Below, piece by piece: positions 26,868-37,200 of a DNA stretch of 48,263 bases. Source of the stretch: Gammaproteobacteria bacterium (GTDB taxonomy: Bacteria > Pseudomonadota > Gammaproteobacteria > GCA-001735895). The first letter of the stretch is position 1; each line of letters starts with the position of its first letter. The translations under genes were made by a program, and so were the position numbers. The stretch is taken from assembly GCA_041569645.1 (NCBI GenBank), contig JBFFXR010000003.1, positions 1-48,263 on the forward strand, written 5' to 3'. The notes below the pieces were generated by a model. The model saw only the letters and a program-made list of their open reading frames with translations. It was not told where the DNA came from and made no database searches.

Positions 26868-27485
26868 TCAGGCCAGTTGCTTGCGATCGCCGTGCAGAAA
26901 CTCGACCAGCTTCATCGCTTCCTGCTCCATTGAAACGACGCGTTCGTCGATCTTGCGCTTGAGATAACGGTAGAAAATCAGGCTTGGGATCGCGACCGTG
27001 AGACCCGCCGCGGTCGTGATCAAGGCCTCGGAAATGCCGCCGGCGAGCTGGCCCGGATCGCCGACGCCGACGACGGTAATCGCGGTGAACACGCGGATCA
27101 TGCCGATCACGGTGCCGAGCAGCCCGAGCAACGGGGTGATCGTCGAAATCGTGCCGAGCGCGTTGAGGAACCGCTCCATCTCATGCACCACGTGACGCCC
27201 GGTTTCCTCGATGCTCTCGCGAATCTGCTCGCGCGACAAATGGCGGTTGATCAGGCCCGCCGCGAGCACCCGTCCCAGCGGCGAGCCGGTTTCGATTTCG
27301 GCGATGTGCCGGTCGGTCAGCGCATCCTTGTTGAGCAGGTTCCAGATACCGGTCAGCAGTTTGGTCGGGATGACCTTTTTGCGCCGCAAAGTCCACATGC
27401 GTTCGACGACGATTCCCGCGGCGATCACCGAGCACAACAGGATCGGAATCATCAGCCAGCCGCCCGCCTGAACCAGTTCGTACAC
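26868..27485 (-). CDS. exbB: MotA/TolQ/ExbB proton channel protein
   Basis: GGWLMIPI, PLLGLLGTVIGMI and GISEALITTAAGL motifs. GTG start. Confidence 0.85.
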   Translation of the reverse strand: MYELVQAGGWLMIPILLCSVIAAGIVVERMWTLRRKKVIPTKLLTGIWNLLNKDALTDRHIAEIETGSPLGRVLAAGLINRHLSREQIRESIEETGRHVVHEMERFLNALGTISTITPLLGLLGTVIGMIRVFTAITVVGVGDPGQLAGGISEALITTAAGLTVAIPSLIFYRYLKRKIDERVVSMEQEAMKLVEFLHGDRKQLA

Positions 27486-27536
27486 TCGCCCGCCCTCACG
27501 CTAAATGCCGCACATCATACTGTGACGCCCGGCTTT

Positions 27537-29825
27537 TTACCATCGCCGCCAGAGTCGTCTCGGCGGCCGTCGCGCGGCGTCGATTTCGGACCCTTCGGCG
27601 CCGCTGTGGAAGCGCACCGCACCGTCTCGATCGCTGCGAAACTGCGTGCTGCCCGCCGCGGCGTAGCGCTTGACGACGGCTTCGCGCGGAAACTTCCAGC
27701 GGTTACCCCGCGCCACCGTGTGGACGACGTAAACCGGCCGCGTGGCGGCAACGAATGCCGGGCTCGACGACGTCTCGCTGCCGTGGTGCGGGGTAACCAG
27801 CAAGTCGCTCGCGAGCCCGTCGCGATATCGCCGCACGAGCCGCGCCTCGCCGTCGGCCTCGATATCGCCCGGCAACAACACGCGCTGGCGGGCGTTGATT
27901 TGCAGCACGCAGGACCGGGCGTTGGTACCACGCCGATCGCCAGCGGTGGCATCGAGAAAGCGAAATCCGACGCCGTCCCAGCGCCACCCGGAGTACCCGT
28001 GGCAGGCGCGTGGCGGCGATTCCAGGCCGAAGCGCGCGGCGAGTTCGCGTGGCGTCCCCGAGACCAGGGATCGCGCCCGCTGCCGCCAGTCGAAGCCCCA
28101 CAGGCCGCCGCTGTGGTCGGCATCGACATGGCTTACGACGAGGAGGTCGGCGAGCGCGATCCGGCGGCTTTCGAGCAGCGGCAGCAAGGCCCAGTCGGCG
28201 GCGCTGTAGGCGTCGGGTTTGCCGGGCCCGAGATCGTAGATCAGGCTGTGGTGACGCGTGCGCACGAGTACCGACGTGCCCATGCCGACATCCAGCACGT
28301 CGACGACGAATTCACCGTGCGGGGGACGTTCGGGACGCCAGCAGGCCAGCACGCCCAGCAGCGCCAGCGTGGCCGCCCACGCGCCCAGTCCGCGCGGCAG
28401 CAACAGCAAGCCGAGCGCCGGCAACGCGGCCAACAGCAAGGCTGGCGGAATCCCGGCCAGCGGCAACGAGGCCAGCCATCCGGATTCCAGCCAACCGAGA
28501 TAACCCAGCAGCGCGGCCAGCATTCGATCACAGAGTTCGAGCAATACCCCGGCGCCCGGCATGCCGCCGAATGCGGCCAGCCCGGCGATCAGCGCGACCG
28601 GCAGGATCAGGCAGCTAACCGCCGGAATCGCGACCAGGTTGGCGGCCAGGCTTGCCGGGTTGAGGCGATCGAATATCAGCAGCCCGACCGGCGCGAACAG
28701 GATCGTAAACAGAACTTGCAACGCGACAAGCTGATGAACGACCCGCTTTTCGCGCAGGTAACGGAATCCGGCGAAGGCGATGACCAGCACCGCGCCGACG
28801 CTCAACCAGAACGAGGACGTGCCCACCGCTCGCGGATCGGCGAGGACGATCAGGCAAACCGCGAGCGCAACCGATTGCAACAGCTCGACGCGGCTACCAC
28901 GCGCCAGCGCCAGCAGCACGACGGCGAGCATGAGCAGCGCGCGCAGCGTCGGCAGGCTGAAACCGGCGAGTGCCGCGTAAACACAGGCCAGCGCACCGGC
29001 GGAGAACGCCGCGCAAGTGCGTCGGCGCCAGCCAAATCGGTGGAGACCCGTGCGCCAGGCCGCGCGGCCCAGCGCGTAACCGAACAGCGCGACCAGACCG
29101 ACGTGCAGACCCGAGATGGCGAGCAGGTGCGCGGTACCGCTGCGCTGCAGAATCTCGCGCTGCGCGGCATCGATATCGGCGCGATCGCCCAGCACCAGCG
29201 CCTTGATCAGACCACGCTGCGCGCATCGCGGACAATACCGATCGATCGCCGCGGCCAGGCGCCCGCGCCAGGTATCGACGTCGAAGGTCGCCGCGGCCGC
29301 GATCCGGCGGTTGTGTGCCGAGCGGCGGATATAGCCGCTGGCGTCGATGCCATGGGCGAACTGCCAGCGGTCGAAGTCGAAGCCGACGAAATTCGCCCGG
29401 CCGTCCGGGCGCCGCAACCTGGCCTCGAACTGCCAGGTCTCGCCGGCTGCCGGCACGATCGAGTCCTGGTACCAGGCCAGCCGAATCCGGCGCGGCAGCC
29501 GGCCGTCAATTCCGTCGATTGAGAGCGGTTCGAGCACGATGCCGATCCGACCGGCGCCGCGCCTCGGCAGGTCGCCGACGATGCCGGTTACGATGGCGAT
29601 ACGCTGGTCGTTTTCCGGCGCGAGCCGATAGCCGAGGTGCGCCTGCAGCAGCGCCGCGCTCCACAAATAGGCGGCGGCACCCAACCACAAAAGGCGCCGG
29701 CGGTGATCGCCGATCGCGCCACATAGCACCAGCGGGGCGAGCGCGCACCACGCCGGATCCGGCAGACGATTGCCGTAGAATGCGAGCAGCGCGGCGGCGA
29801 CGATGACGAGTGCAAACCGGGGCAT
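27537..29825 (-). CDS. comEC: DNA uptake channel ComEC/Rec2
   Basis: GTAHLLAISGLHVG, LAGFSLPTLRA and SFWLS motifs. Beta-lactamase-like domain with LDVGMG, SHVDADHSGG, GDIE and PHHGS. Confidence 0.9.
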   Translation of the reverse strand: MPRFALVIVAAALLAFYGNRLPDPAWCALAPLVLCGAIGDHRRRLLWLGAAAYLWSAALLQAHLGYRLAPENDQRIAIVTGIVGDLPRRGAGRIGIVLEPLSIDGIDGRLPRRIRLAWYQDSIVPAAGETWQFEARLRRPDGRANFVGFDFDRWQFAHGIDASGYIRRSAHNRRIAAAATFDVDTWRGRLAAAIDRYCPRCAQRGLIKALVLGDRADIDAAQREILQRSGTAHLLAISGLHVGLVALFGYALGRAAWRTGLHRFGWRRRTCAAFSAGALACVYAALAGFSLPTLRALLMLAVVLLALARGSRVELLQSVALAVCLIVLADPRAVGTSSFWLSVGAVLVIAFAGFRYLREKRVVHQLVALQVLFTILFAPVGLLIFDRLNPASLAANLVAIPAVSCLILPVALIAGLAAFGGMPGAGVLLELCDRMLAALLGYLGWLESGWLASLPLAGIPPALLLAALPALGLLLLPRGLGAWAATLALLGVLACWRPERPPHGEFVVDVLDVGMGTSVLVRTRHHSLIYDLGPGKPDAYSAADWALLPLLESRRIALADLLVVSHVDADHSGGLWGFDWRQRARSLVSGTPRELAARFGLESPPRACHGYSGWRWDGVGFRFLDATAGDRRGTNARSCVLQINARQRVLLPGDIEADGEARLVRRYRDGLASDLLVTPHHGSETSSSPAFVAATRPVYVVHTVARGNRWKFPREAVVKRYAAAGSTQFRSDRDGAVRFHSGAEGSEIDAARRPPRRLWRRW

Positions 29826-29903
29826 GCGATCCTTGCCTGCTTATCCCTGTCGAACGAAGCGACACTTGGAGAATATGGGAGTTGCGCCGATAATACAAAC
29901 GGC

Positions 29904-30446
29904 ATGGCAAAAAAGTTCGTCAAGCGTTTTTTGCCGCACCCTGACGTCATCATCCATAATCGCTGGATCAAAATGCTCGGCCCGCGATTGCAGGATCCGT
30001 CACTGTGGCATATCAACCGCCGCTCGTGCTCCGGGGCGCTGGCGCTGGGCGTATTTTGCGCTTTCATCCCGGTACCGTTCCAGATGGTCATCGCGACTCT
30101 CGGGGCAATCCTGTTTCGCGTCAACATCCTGATCGCGGTGCCGATGGTCTGGCTCAGCAACCCGCTGACGATGCCGCCGTTGTTCTTTTTCTGCTACCTC
30201 GTCGGCGTCGAACTGCTCGATCTCGAACCCAATCGCTTCAGCTTCGAACTGAGCTTCGATTGGCTGCTGAGCGAACTGTTAGAGATCTGGCAACCCTTTT
30301 TGCTCGGTTGTTTCGTGGTCGGTGCGGCATCGGCGCTGGCAGCTTTCGTCCTGACCCGGATTCTCTGGCGCCTGCACATCATCAGCCACATTCGCGACCG
30401 CGCCCAGCGCCTGCACAATCGACGCCGTCGGCTTCCGCCCGAGTAG
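29904..30446 (+). CDS. DUF2062 family membrane protein
   Basis: LWHINRRS, GVFCAFIPVPFQM and VWLSNPLTMPP motifs. Usual neighbour of comEC. Confidence 0.8.
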   Translation: MAKKFVKRFLPHPDVIIHNRWIKMLGPRLQDPSLWHINRRSCSGALALGVFCAFIPVPFQMVIATLGAILFRVNILIAVPMVWLSNPLTMPPLFFFCYLVGVELLDLEPNRFSFELSFDWLLSELLEIWQPFLLGCFVVGAASALAAFVLTRILWRLHIISHIRDRAQRLHNRRRRLPPE

Positions 30447-30448
30447 CA

Positions 30449-31060
30449 ATGAGCCTGTTCTGGATCATCCTCGTCACGCTGGCCGGCGTCGGTGCCGGCA
30501 CCGGTCTGTGCCTGTGGCTGTCTTGGCTGGCACACGAGGTCGAGACCAGCGCGTGGATTTTCGCGCACATCCTGTGCCCGATCGTGCGTATCCTGGTGCT
30601 GCTGTTGATCGTCAGCCAGATTTACCCGGCGATCGCCGGCGAGGGATCGAGCCTCGATTTCTGGCGCGTGCTGCTAAGCCAGGACCAGTTCAATCACCTC
30701 GTCAACCTGCTGTTCTTCGGCGGCCTGGCGCTGTCCTTCATCCCGGTCCTGAGCCACCCGGTCATCGCGCTGCCGGTGCAAAGCCTGTTCACCGTCGCGG
30801 TCGTGTTCCACTGGCAGCATGCCGCGAGCGGAATCGAAATCTCGCTGCTGCCGTCATTCGCGACCGCGCTGAAAATCCTCGTTTACATGCTCATCGCCTA
30901 CTTCGTGACCCGCGAGGCCAGCATCCACGTTGCGCGCTGGCTCGACCGTCGGTTCGCGATCGAAGGCTCGATCAGGCTCGTTGCCGACGCGATCTACCTG
31001 TTGCTGCAAATACCCGTCATCCTGATCTACGTTGGTCACCTGAAGCAACAACTCCCCTGA
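30449..31060 (+). CDS. hypothetical integral membrane protein
   Basis: 203 aa with about six hydrophobic segments. Starts 2 nt after the DUF2062 stop. Confidence 0.65.
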   Translation: MSLFWIILVTLAGVGAGTGLCLWLSWLAHEVETSAWIFAHILCPIVRILVLLLIVSQIYPAIAGEGSSLDFWRVLLSQDQFNHLVNLLFFGGLALSFIPVLSHPVIALPVQSLFTVAVVFHWQHAASGIEISLLPSFATALKILVYMLIAYFVTREASIHVARWLDRRFAIEGSIRLVADAIYLLLQIPVILIYVGHLKQQLP

Positions 31061-31161
31061 ACCCGCTGATTGAAGCCATGATCGTGCAAGCCCGGGGACG
31101 GTCAGCGAAGGCAATCCCGAACTTGCCCGATACCCCGTCCGCGAACAGGCGTGGCTGTGAT

Positions 31162-31845
31162 TCAACGCTCCGGCGTCAGCAACCCGTCCTGCATGCGCCA
31201 GCGATGTTGCATCCGAGCGGCGATGTCGAGGTCGTGCGTCACGACGACGAGCGCGGTATCGAGTTCGCGGTTGAGCGTGAGCATGAGTTCGAGCATCTGA
31301 TTGGCGGTTTGCCTGTCGAGATTGCCGGTCGGCTCGTCGGCGAGCAGGCAATCCGGACGCGTAACCAGCGCCCGCGCAAGCGCGACGCGCTGGCGTTCGC
31401 CGCCGGACAGTTCGCCGGGCTTGTGCGCGGCGCGTTCGTCGAGGCCGACCCGGTTCAACCAGTCGCGCGCCGCATCGCTAGCCTCATGCGCCGGCGTGCG
31501 GCGCACACGCAGCGGCAAGGCGATATTCTCCTGCGCGCTGAACTCCGGCAGCAGGTGGTGGAACTGGTAGATAAAGCCGAGATGGCGGTTGCGCAATCGC
31601 CCGAGTTCGGTTTCCGACAATCGCGCCAGCGCCTGGCCGGCCACCTGGATTTCGCCACGGGTCACGTGATCGAGCCCGCCGAGCAGATGCATCAGCGTCG
31701 ATTTACCGGCGCCCGATGCCCCGAGTATCGCGTGGCTCTCGCCGGCGCCGACGCGGAAGTCGACGCCTTGCAACACCTCGACGTCGAGCTTGCCCTGGCG
31801 AAAACTCTTGTGTACGTCGCTGGCCTCGATGACGCTCGCGTTCAC
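31162..31845 (-). CDS. lolD: lipoprotein-releasing ABC transporter ATP-binding protein
   Basis: GASGAGKST, GFIYQFHHLLPEF, LSGGERQR and ADEPTGNLD motifs. Confidence 0.92.
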   Translation of the reverse strand: MNASVIEASDVHKSFRQGKLDVEVLQGVDFRVGAGESHAILGASGAGKSTLMHLLGGLDHVTRGEIQVAGQALARLSETELGRLRNRHLGFIYQFHHLLPEFSAQENIALPLRVRRTPAHEASDAARDWLNRVGLDERAAHKPGELSGGERQRVALARALVTRPDCLLADEPTGNLDRQTANQMLELMLTLNRELDTALVVVTHDLDIAARMQHRWRMQDGLLTPER

Positions 31846-31858
31846 TGTCGCAACCTCG

Positions 31859-33106
31859 CTACTCGTAGCGCAGCGCTTCGGCGGGACGCGTCTGCGACGC
31901 GCGCAGCGCCGGATAGAGCGTCGCGATAAGCGACAGCGTAAACGACAGAATCGCGATGCGCACGACGTCGGATTGCTTCATTTCCGACGGCAGATCGGTA
32001 ATCGGGTAGACCCCGCGCGGCAAGAACTGGGTCTGAAAGAATTGCTCCAGCGCCGGCACCACGACGTCGACGTGCGACGCAACGACGATGCCGCCGCCGA
32101 GGCCGGCGAGCGTGCCGATCAGCCCGATCAGCGTGCCCTGCACCATGAATACCCACATGATCGACAGCGGCGACATGCCCAGCGTGCGCAGGATCGCGAT
32201 GTCGGATTGCTTGTCGGTGACCACCATGACCAGCGTCGAGACGATATTGAACGCCGCCACCGCGACGATGAGCGACAAAATGATGAACATCACGGTTTTC
32301 TCGGTGCGCACCGCTTTGAAGTAGTTGCTGTGCCGCAGCGTCCAGTCCGACACCCAGTACTCGAGGCCGATACTCTGTTTCAGCTCGTGGCGCACCAGCG
32401 GCGCGAGGTCGAGATCGTCGAGCTTCAGGCGCAGCCCGCTGACGCCGCCGTCGAGGCGGAACAGCTTGCTCGCGTCCTGGTGGTGGATGATGGCGCTCGA
32501 ACGATCGTATTCGTAAACGCCGATCTCGAACACGCCGACGACCCGGAAGCGGCGCAACCGTGGCAAAAATCCGAGCGGCGAAGCGGTCGCCTGCGGCGTG
32601 ATCATCGTGATGCGATCACCCGGCACGACGTCCAGCGCGTTGGCCAGACCGCTGCCGAGGACGATGCCGTACTCGCCCGGCACGAGATCCGTCAGGGCGC
32701 CGAATCGCATGTGCCGGTGGATTTCGGAGACGTCATTCTCGAGCTCGGGATCGATGCCGCGAATCAGCGCGCCGCTGACCGACGAGCGATTCGATAACAT
32801 TGCCTCGGCCTCGGTATAGGGTGCCGCGCCGGTCACCGACGGATGCTCGAGGGTCTCCGCGCGCAGCTCGCGCCATTCGACCAGCGGGCCGCCGAAACTT
32901 GAAACCGTGACGTGCGACACCATGCCGAGGATCCGTCCGCGCAGTTCGTTTTCGAAGCCGTTCATGACCGACAGCACGACGATCAACGCGGTCACGCCCA
33001 GCGCGATGCCGATCATCGAAATCAGCGAAATGAACGAGATGAAATGATTGCGCCGCTTGGCCCGGGTATAGCGCAATCCCACGTAGACTTCGAGGGGTAA
33101 ATTCAT
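31859..33106 (-). CDS. lipoprotein-releasing ABC transporter permease (LolC/LolE, probably LolF-type)
   Basis: GLRYTRAKRRNHFISFIS, LSVMNGF, DIAILRTLG and PAEALRYE motifs. Single permease gene next to lolD. Confidence 0.88.
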   Translation of the reverse strand: MNLPLEVYVGLRYTRAKRRNHFISFISLISMIGIALGVTALIVVLSVMNGFENELRGRILGMVSHVTVSSFGGPLVEWRELRAETLEHPSVTGAAPYTEAEAMLSNRSSVSGALIRGIDPELENDVSEIHRHMRFGALTDLVPGEYGIVLGSGLANALDVVPGDRITMITPQATASPLGFLPRLRRFRVVGVFEIGVYEYDRSSAIIHHQDASKLFRLDGGVSGLRLKLDDLDLAPLVRHELKQSIGLEYWVSDWTLRHSNYFKAVRTEKTVMFIILSLIVAVAAFNIVSTLVMVVTDKQSDIAILRTLGMSPLSIMWVFMVQGTLIGLIGTLAGLGGGIVVASHVDVVVPALEQFFQTQFLPRGVYPITDLPSEMKQSDVVRIAILSFTLSLIATLYPALRASQTRPAEALRYE

Positions 33107-33155
33107 GCGGCGGATTAAACCATGAATACCCCCCGCCCACCACCGCGACGCGTAC

Positions 33156-33183
33156 TTGTGTCACCCCCGGGGCATGCTATAGT
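33156..33183 (+). promoter_or_regulatory. candidate sigma70 promoter
   Basis: TTGTGT, 16-nt spacer, TATAGT with an extended TGn, upstream of GAGGAG SD and ATG 33215. Confidence 0.45.
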
Positions 33184-33214
33184 TACAGCCAACGTCTTTG
33201 AGGAGACAGAGCCA

Positions 33215-33511
33215 ATGCGTACGGGTTTTTTCTTGCTGCTGATCGGCTCCTGCTTCGCGCTCCAACCCGCGCTTGCGGGCGACGTGCTGACCATTCCGGG
33301 TCACGCGTCGGCATCGCAAAAGCAGATCGTGCCGAGGCGCGGCATCAGCATGGACAGGGTGCTCGAGCAGTTCGGCGAGCCCGACGAGCGTCGCGGCCCC
33401 GTCGGCGAGCCGCCGATATCCGAGTGGAATTACGGCACTTTTCGAGTCTATTTCGAGCACAATCTCGTGCTTCACACGGTCGACCTGAACACCTTGATCC
33501 TGCCGCGCTAG
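33215..33511 (+). CDS. small exported protein, SmpA/BamE-like motif
   Basis: Signal peptide ending ALA. RGISMDRVLEQFGEP...PPISEWNY..F.VYFE pattern. Strong SD. Confidence 0.65.
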   Translation: MRTGFFLLLIGSCFALQPALAGDVLTIPGHASASQKQIVPRRGISMDRVLEQFGEPDERRGPVGEPPISEWNYGTFRVYFEHNLVLHTVDLNTLILPR

Positions 33512-33589
33512 AACCGCGGCGCCGACGCGCGGTCCAAGCAATACGCGCAATACATAACTAAACCAAAGGAAGACATCGGAGTTCCCACG

Positions 33590-34249
33590 ATGAAAACAAA
33601 AACCATTCTCGTCGTTCCCCTGGCCGCGTTGCTGGCGCTGGCCGGAGCAAGCCTGCAAGCCGCAGAAGTCAACATCACGCCCGACATCGAGAGCGTGCCG
33701 GTCATGCATGGCGACAAGGAATTCGTCATCATGCGAAACCAGAACCAGAAGAACACGGTCAACCCGGCTTTCGCCAAGACTTCGCGCAAATGCCCGCCGT
33801 TTTGCATTCAGCCGTCGGTGCTCGCGCCCGGAGTCGAAACCATCGCCGAGCTCGAAGTGCTCGATTATCTCAAGCGCATGAGCGAGGGCGACGAATCGAT
33901 TCTGGTCATCGACTCGCGCACCCCGGACTGGGTTGCCAAGGGCACGATCCCCGGCGCAATCAACATCCCCTGGACGAGCCTGAATCCGGCCCGCGGGGCC
34001 GACCCGATTTCGATCGGCGAGATTCTCGAAGGGCAGTTCAACGCGCGCAACCTCGAGGGCCTGTGGGACTATCGCGATGCCCGCACGCTGGTCATGTTCT
34101 GCAACGGCATGTGGTGCGGACAATCGCCGAATAACATCAAGAATCTGCTGACTTTCGGCTACCCCGCGCACAAGATCAAGTGGTACCGCGGCGGCATGCA
34201 GGACTGGGAAATTCTCGGCCTGTCGACCGCCAAACCCGTGCAGGAGTAA
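33590..34249 (+). CDS. periplasmic rhodanese-domain sulfurtransferase (SoxL-like)
   Basis: Signal peptide. CPPFC, IDSRT, GTIPGAINIPW, FCNGMWCGQS and WYRGGMQDW motifs. Confidence 0.75.
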   Translation: MKTKTILVVPLAALLALAGASLQAAEVNITPDIESVPVMHGDKEFVIMRNQNQKNTVNPAFAKTSRKCPPFCIQPSVLAPGVETIAELEVLDYLKRMSEGDESILVIDSRTPDWVAKGTIPGAINIPWTSLNPARGADPISIGEILEGQFNARNLEGLWDYRDARTLVMFCNGMWCGQSPNNIKNLLTFGYPAHKIKWYRGGMQDWEILGLSTAKPVQE

Positions 34250-34252
34250 ACC

Positions 34253-37200
34253 GTAGCCGGCAGCCGTACCACGCGCTTTTTCGCCGCGCCGGCGCCCTCG
34301 ATCGCCCAACCCCTGAGGCTCGGCCAGCTCTACGGCTCGAGTCGCAGCCTGTTGCTGGCCGAGCAGGTCGCGCGTCACGACGGACTCGCCGTCATCGTCT
34401 GCAAGGACATGGCCGACGCCGAGCAGCTCGAGCGCGAAGTCCGCTTCTTCAGCCCCGAGGTGCCGGCGGTTTACCGCTTTCCCGATCTCGAGACCCTGCC
34501 TTACGACCAGTTCTCGCCGCACCAGGACATCGTCTCCGAGCGAATACGCTGCCTGGCGACAATCGGCGCAGCCGGCAAAGGCATGCTGATCCTGTCGATC
34601 GGCACGCTGTTGCAAAAGGTCACGCCGCCCGAATTCATCGCGCCGCGCAGTTTTCGCCTGGCGGCCGGTGAACGGATCGACCCGGGCGCGCTGCGCGAGC
34701 GGCTCGCGCAACTCGGCTATCGCGCGGTCGCGCAGGTCGAGGAACACGGCGAATACAGCGCCCGCGGTTCGATCCTGGACCTCTACCCGATGGGCAGCCG
34801 ACTGCCCTTTCGCATCGACTTTTTCGACGACGAGGTCGAGACGATTCGCAGCTTCGATCCCGAAACCCAGCTGTCGATCGAAAAGCTCGAGCGCATCGAC
34901 ATGCTGCCGGCGCAGGAATACCCGCTGGACGACGACGGCATCAAGCGATTCCGCCTGCGATTTCGCGAAAGCTTCGCGATCGATCCGAATACCTGTCCGG
35001 TCTATGTCGACATTTCCGAGGGCCGCTCGTCGCCCGGCGTCGAGTATTACCTGCCGCTGTTCTTCGACCGGCTGGTCAGCCTGTTCGATTACCTGCCGGC
35101 GAACAGCCTGTTGCTGATCGACGAAGCGGCGCCGGCGCAGGCCGCCGCCTACGCCGAGCAAATCGAAAACCGCTACCAGTCGCGGCGGCACAATCCGGAA
35201 TGGCCGCTGCTGCCGCCGGCCGAGTTGTTCCTCGAGACCGCCGTGCTCGAAGCGCGCTGCAAGAATTTTGCCTGCCTTTACTTCTCCGAATTCAAGCAGG
35301 ACGTGGACGGCGCCGTCGATTGCGAGACGCAGCCGATACCGCAGCTGACGCTGCAGCCACACGCCGACATCCCCGACGCCGCGCTGCGCGAATTCATCGA
35401 AAAACCCGAGTTCGAAAAGATACTTTTCAGTGCCGACTCGCCCGGCCGGCGCGAATTCCTCACCGACCTGCTGCGCCAGTACGGGCTCTACCCGAGCACG
35501 GTCGACGGCTGGGCGGAATTTCTCGCCCGCGACGACGGCCGCTATTTCGTCACCGCGTCACCACTGGAGCACGGCATGACGCTGGCCGCTCACGGGTTCG
35601 CGATCGTCGCCGAAAACCAGCTGTTCGGCGAGCGCGCAGTGCAGCGGCGGCGGCGGCGCAAGTACCGCCGCACGCGCGACGCCGAAGCCACGATACAAAG
35701 CCTCGCCGACCTGCATCCCGGTGCGCCGGTGGTTCACGAGGATCATGGCGTCGGCAGGTATCGCGGCCTCACGACGCTGACCGTCGGCGGCATCGAGACC
35801 GAGTTTCTGGCAATCGAGTACGCCGGCGAAGACAAGCTCTACGTGCCGGTATCGTCACTGCACCTGATCAGCCGCTACGCCGGCGCCAGCGAGGAGAACG
35901 CGCCGTTGCACCGCCTCGGCGGCGACGGTTGGGCGCGCTCGCGTAAAAAGGCGCAGGAGAAAATCTACGACGTCGCGGTCGAGCTGCTCGACATCCAGGC
36001 GCGTCGCGCCGCGCAACAGGGGTTTGCCCACGAGATCGCGCTCGACGAGTATTACCAGTTCGCCAACGAGTTCCCGTTCGAGGAAACGCCCGACCAGCAG
36101 ACCACGATCGAGGCGGTCATCGCCGACATGCGCGCACCGCAGCCGATGGATCGCATCGTTTGCGGCGATGTCGGCTTCGGCAAGACCGAGGTATGCATGC
36201 GCGCCGCCTTCGTTGCCGCCAGCGCCGGCTCGCAGGTCGCGGTGCTGGTGCCGACGACCCTGCTCGCGCAACAGCACTACCAGAATTTCCTCGACCGGTT
36301 CGCCGACTGGCCGATCCGCATTTGCCTGCTGTCGCGATTTACCGCGCGCCGCGCGCTCGATCAGGCGCTCGACGAAATACGCGCGGGCAAAATCGACATC
36401 GTGATCGGCACGCACAAGCTGCTGTCCGACGAGATAGCGTATCGACAGCTCGGGCTCGTCATCATCGACGAGGAACACCGCTTCGGCGTGCGCCACAAGG
36501 AAAAACTCAAGGCGCTGCGCGCCAACGTCGACCTGCTGACGATGACCGCCACGCCGATTCCGCGCACGCTCAACATGTCGTTGGCGGGCATGCGCGATCT
36601 GTCGATCATCGCCACACCGCCGATGGAACGGCACGCGATCAAAACATTCGTATCGCGCTGGAACCGCGACGCGATCGTCGAAGGTTGTCAGCGTGAACTC
36701 AAGCGCGGCGGCCAGATTTATTTCCTGCACAACGAGATACGCACGATCGAAAAAACCGCCCAGGAAGTGCAACAGCTCGTGCCGCAGGCGCGTATCGGTA
36801 TCGTCCACGGACGCATGAAGGAGAAGGATCTCGAACGCGCGATGCTCGACTTCTATCATCACCGTTGTAATCTGCTGGTCTGCACGACGATCATCGAGAG
36901 CGGTATCGACGTGCCGACCGCGAACACGATCTTCATCAACCGCGCCGACAAGCTCGGCCTCGCGCAACTGCACCAGATTCGCGGCCGCGTGGGCCGTTCG
37001 CACCATCGCGCCTATGCCTACCTGATCGTGCCGCCCGAGCGCTCGATTACGCCCGATGCGAAGAAGCGCCTGCTGGCGATCGAATCGCTCGAAGATCTCG
37101 GCGTCGGTTTCACGCTCGCGACCCACGATCTCGAAATCCGCGGCGCCGGCGAGATTCTGGGCGAAGAGCAAAGCGGCCAGATCGCCGAGATCGGCTTTAC

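Noticed and set aside
30005-31060. 351-aa ORF overlapping DUF2062
   Set aside because: The hydrophobic protein starts at ATG 30449. The extension is an off-frame read of DUF2062.
35642-35660. (CGG)n tandem repeat in mfd
   Set aside because: It encodes the usual poly-Arg stretch preceding the RNAP-interaction domain of Mfd.
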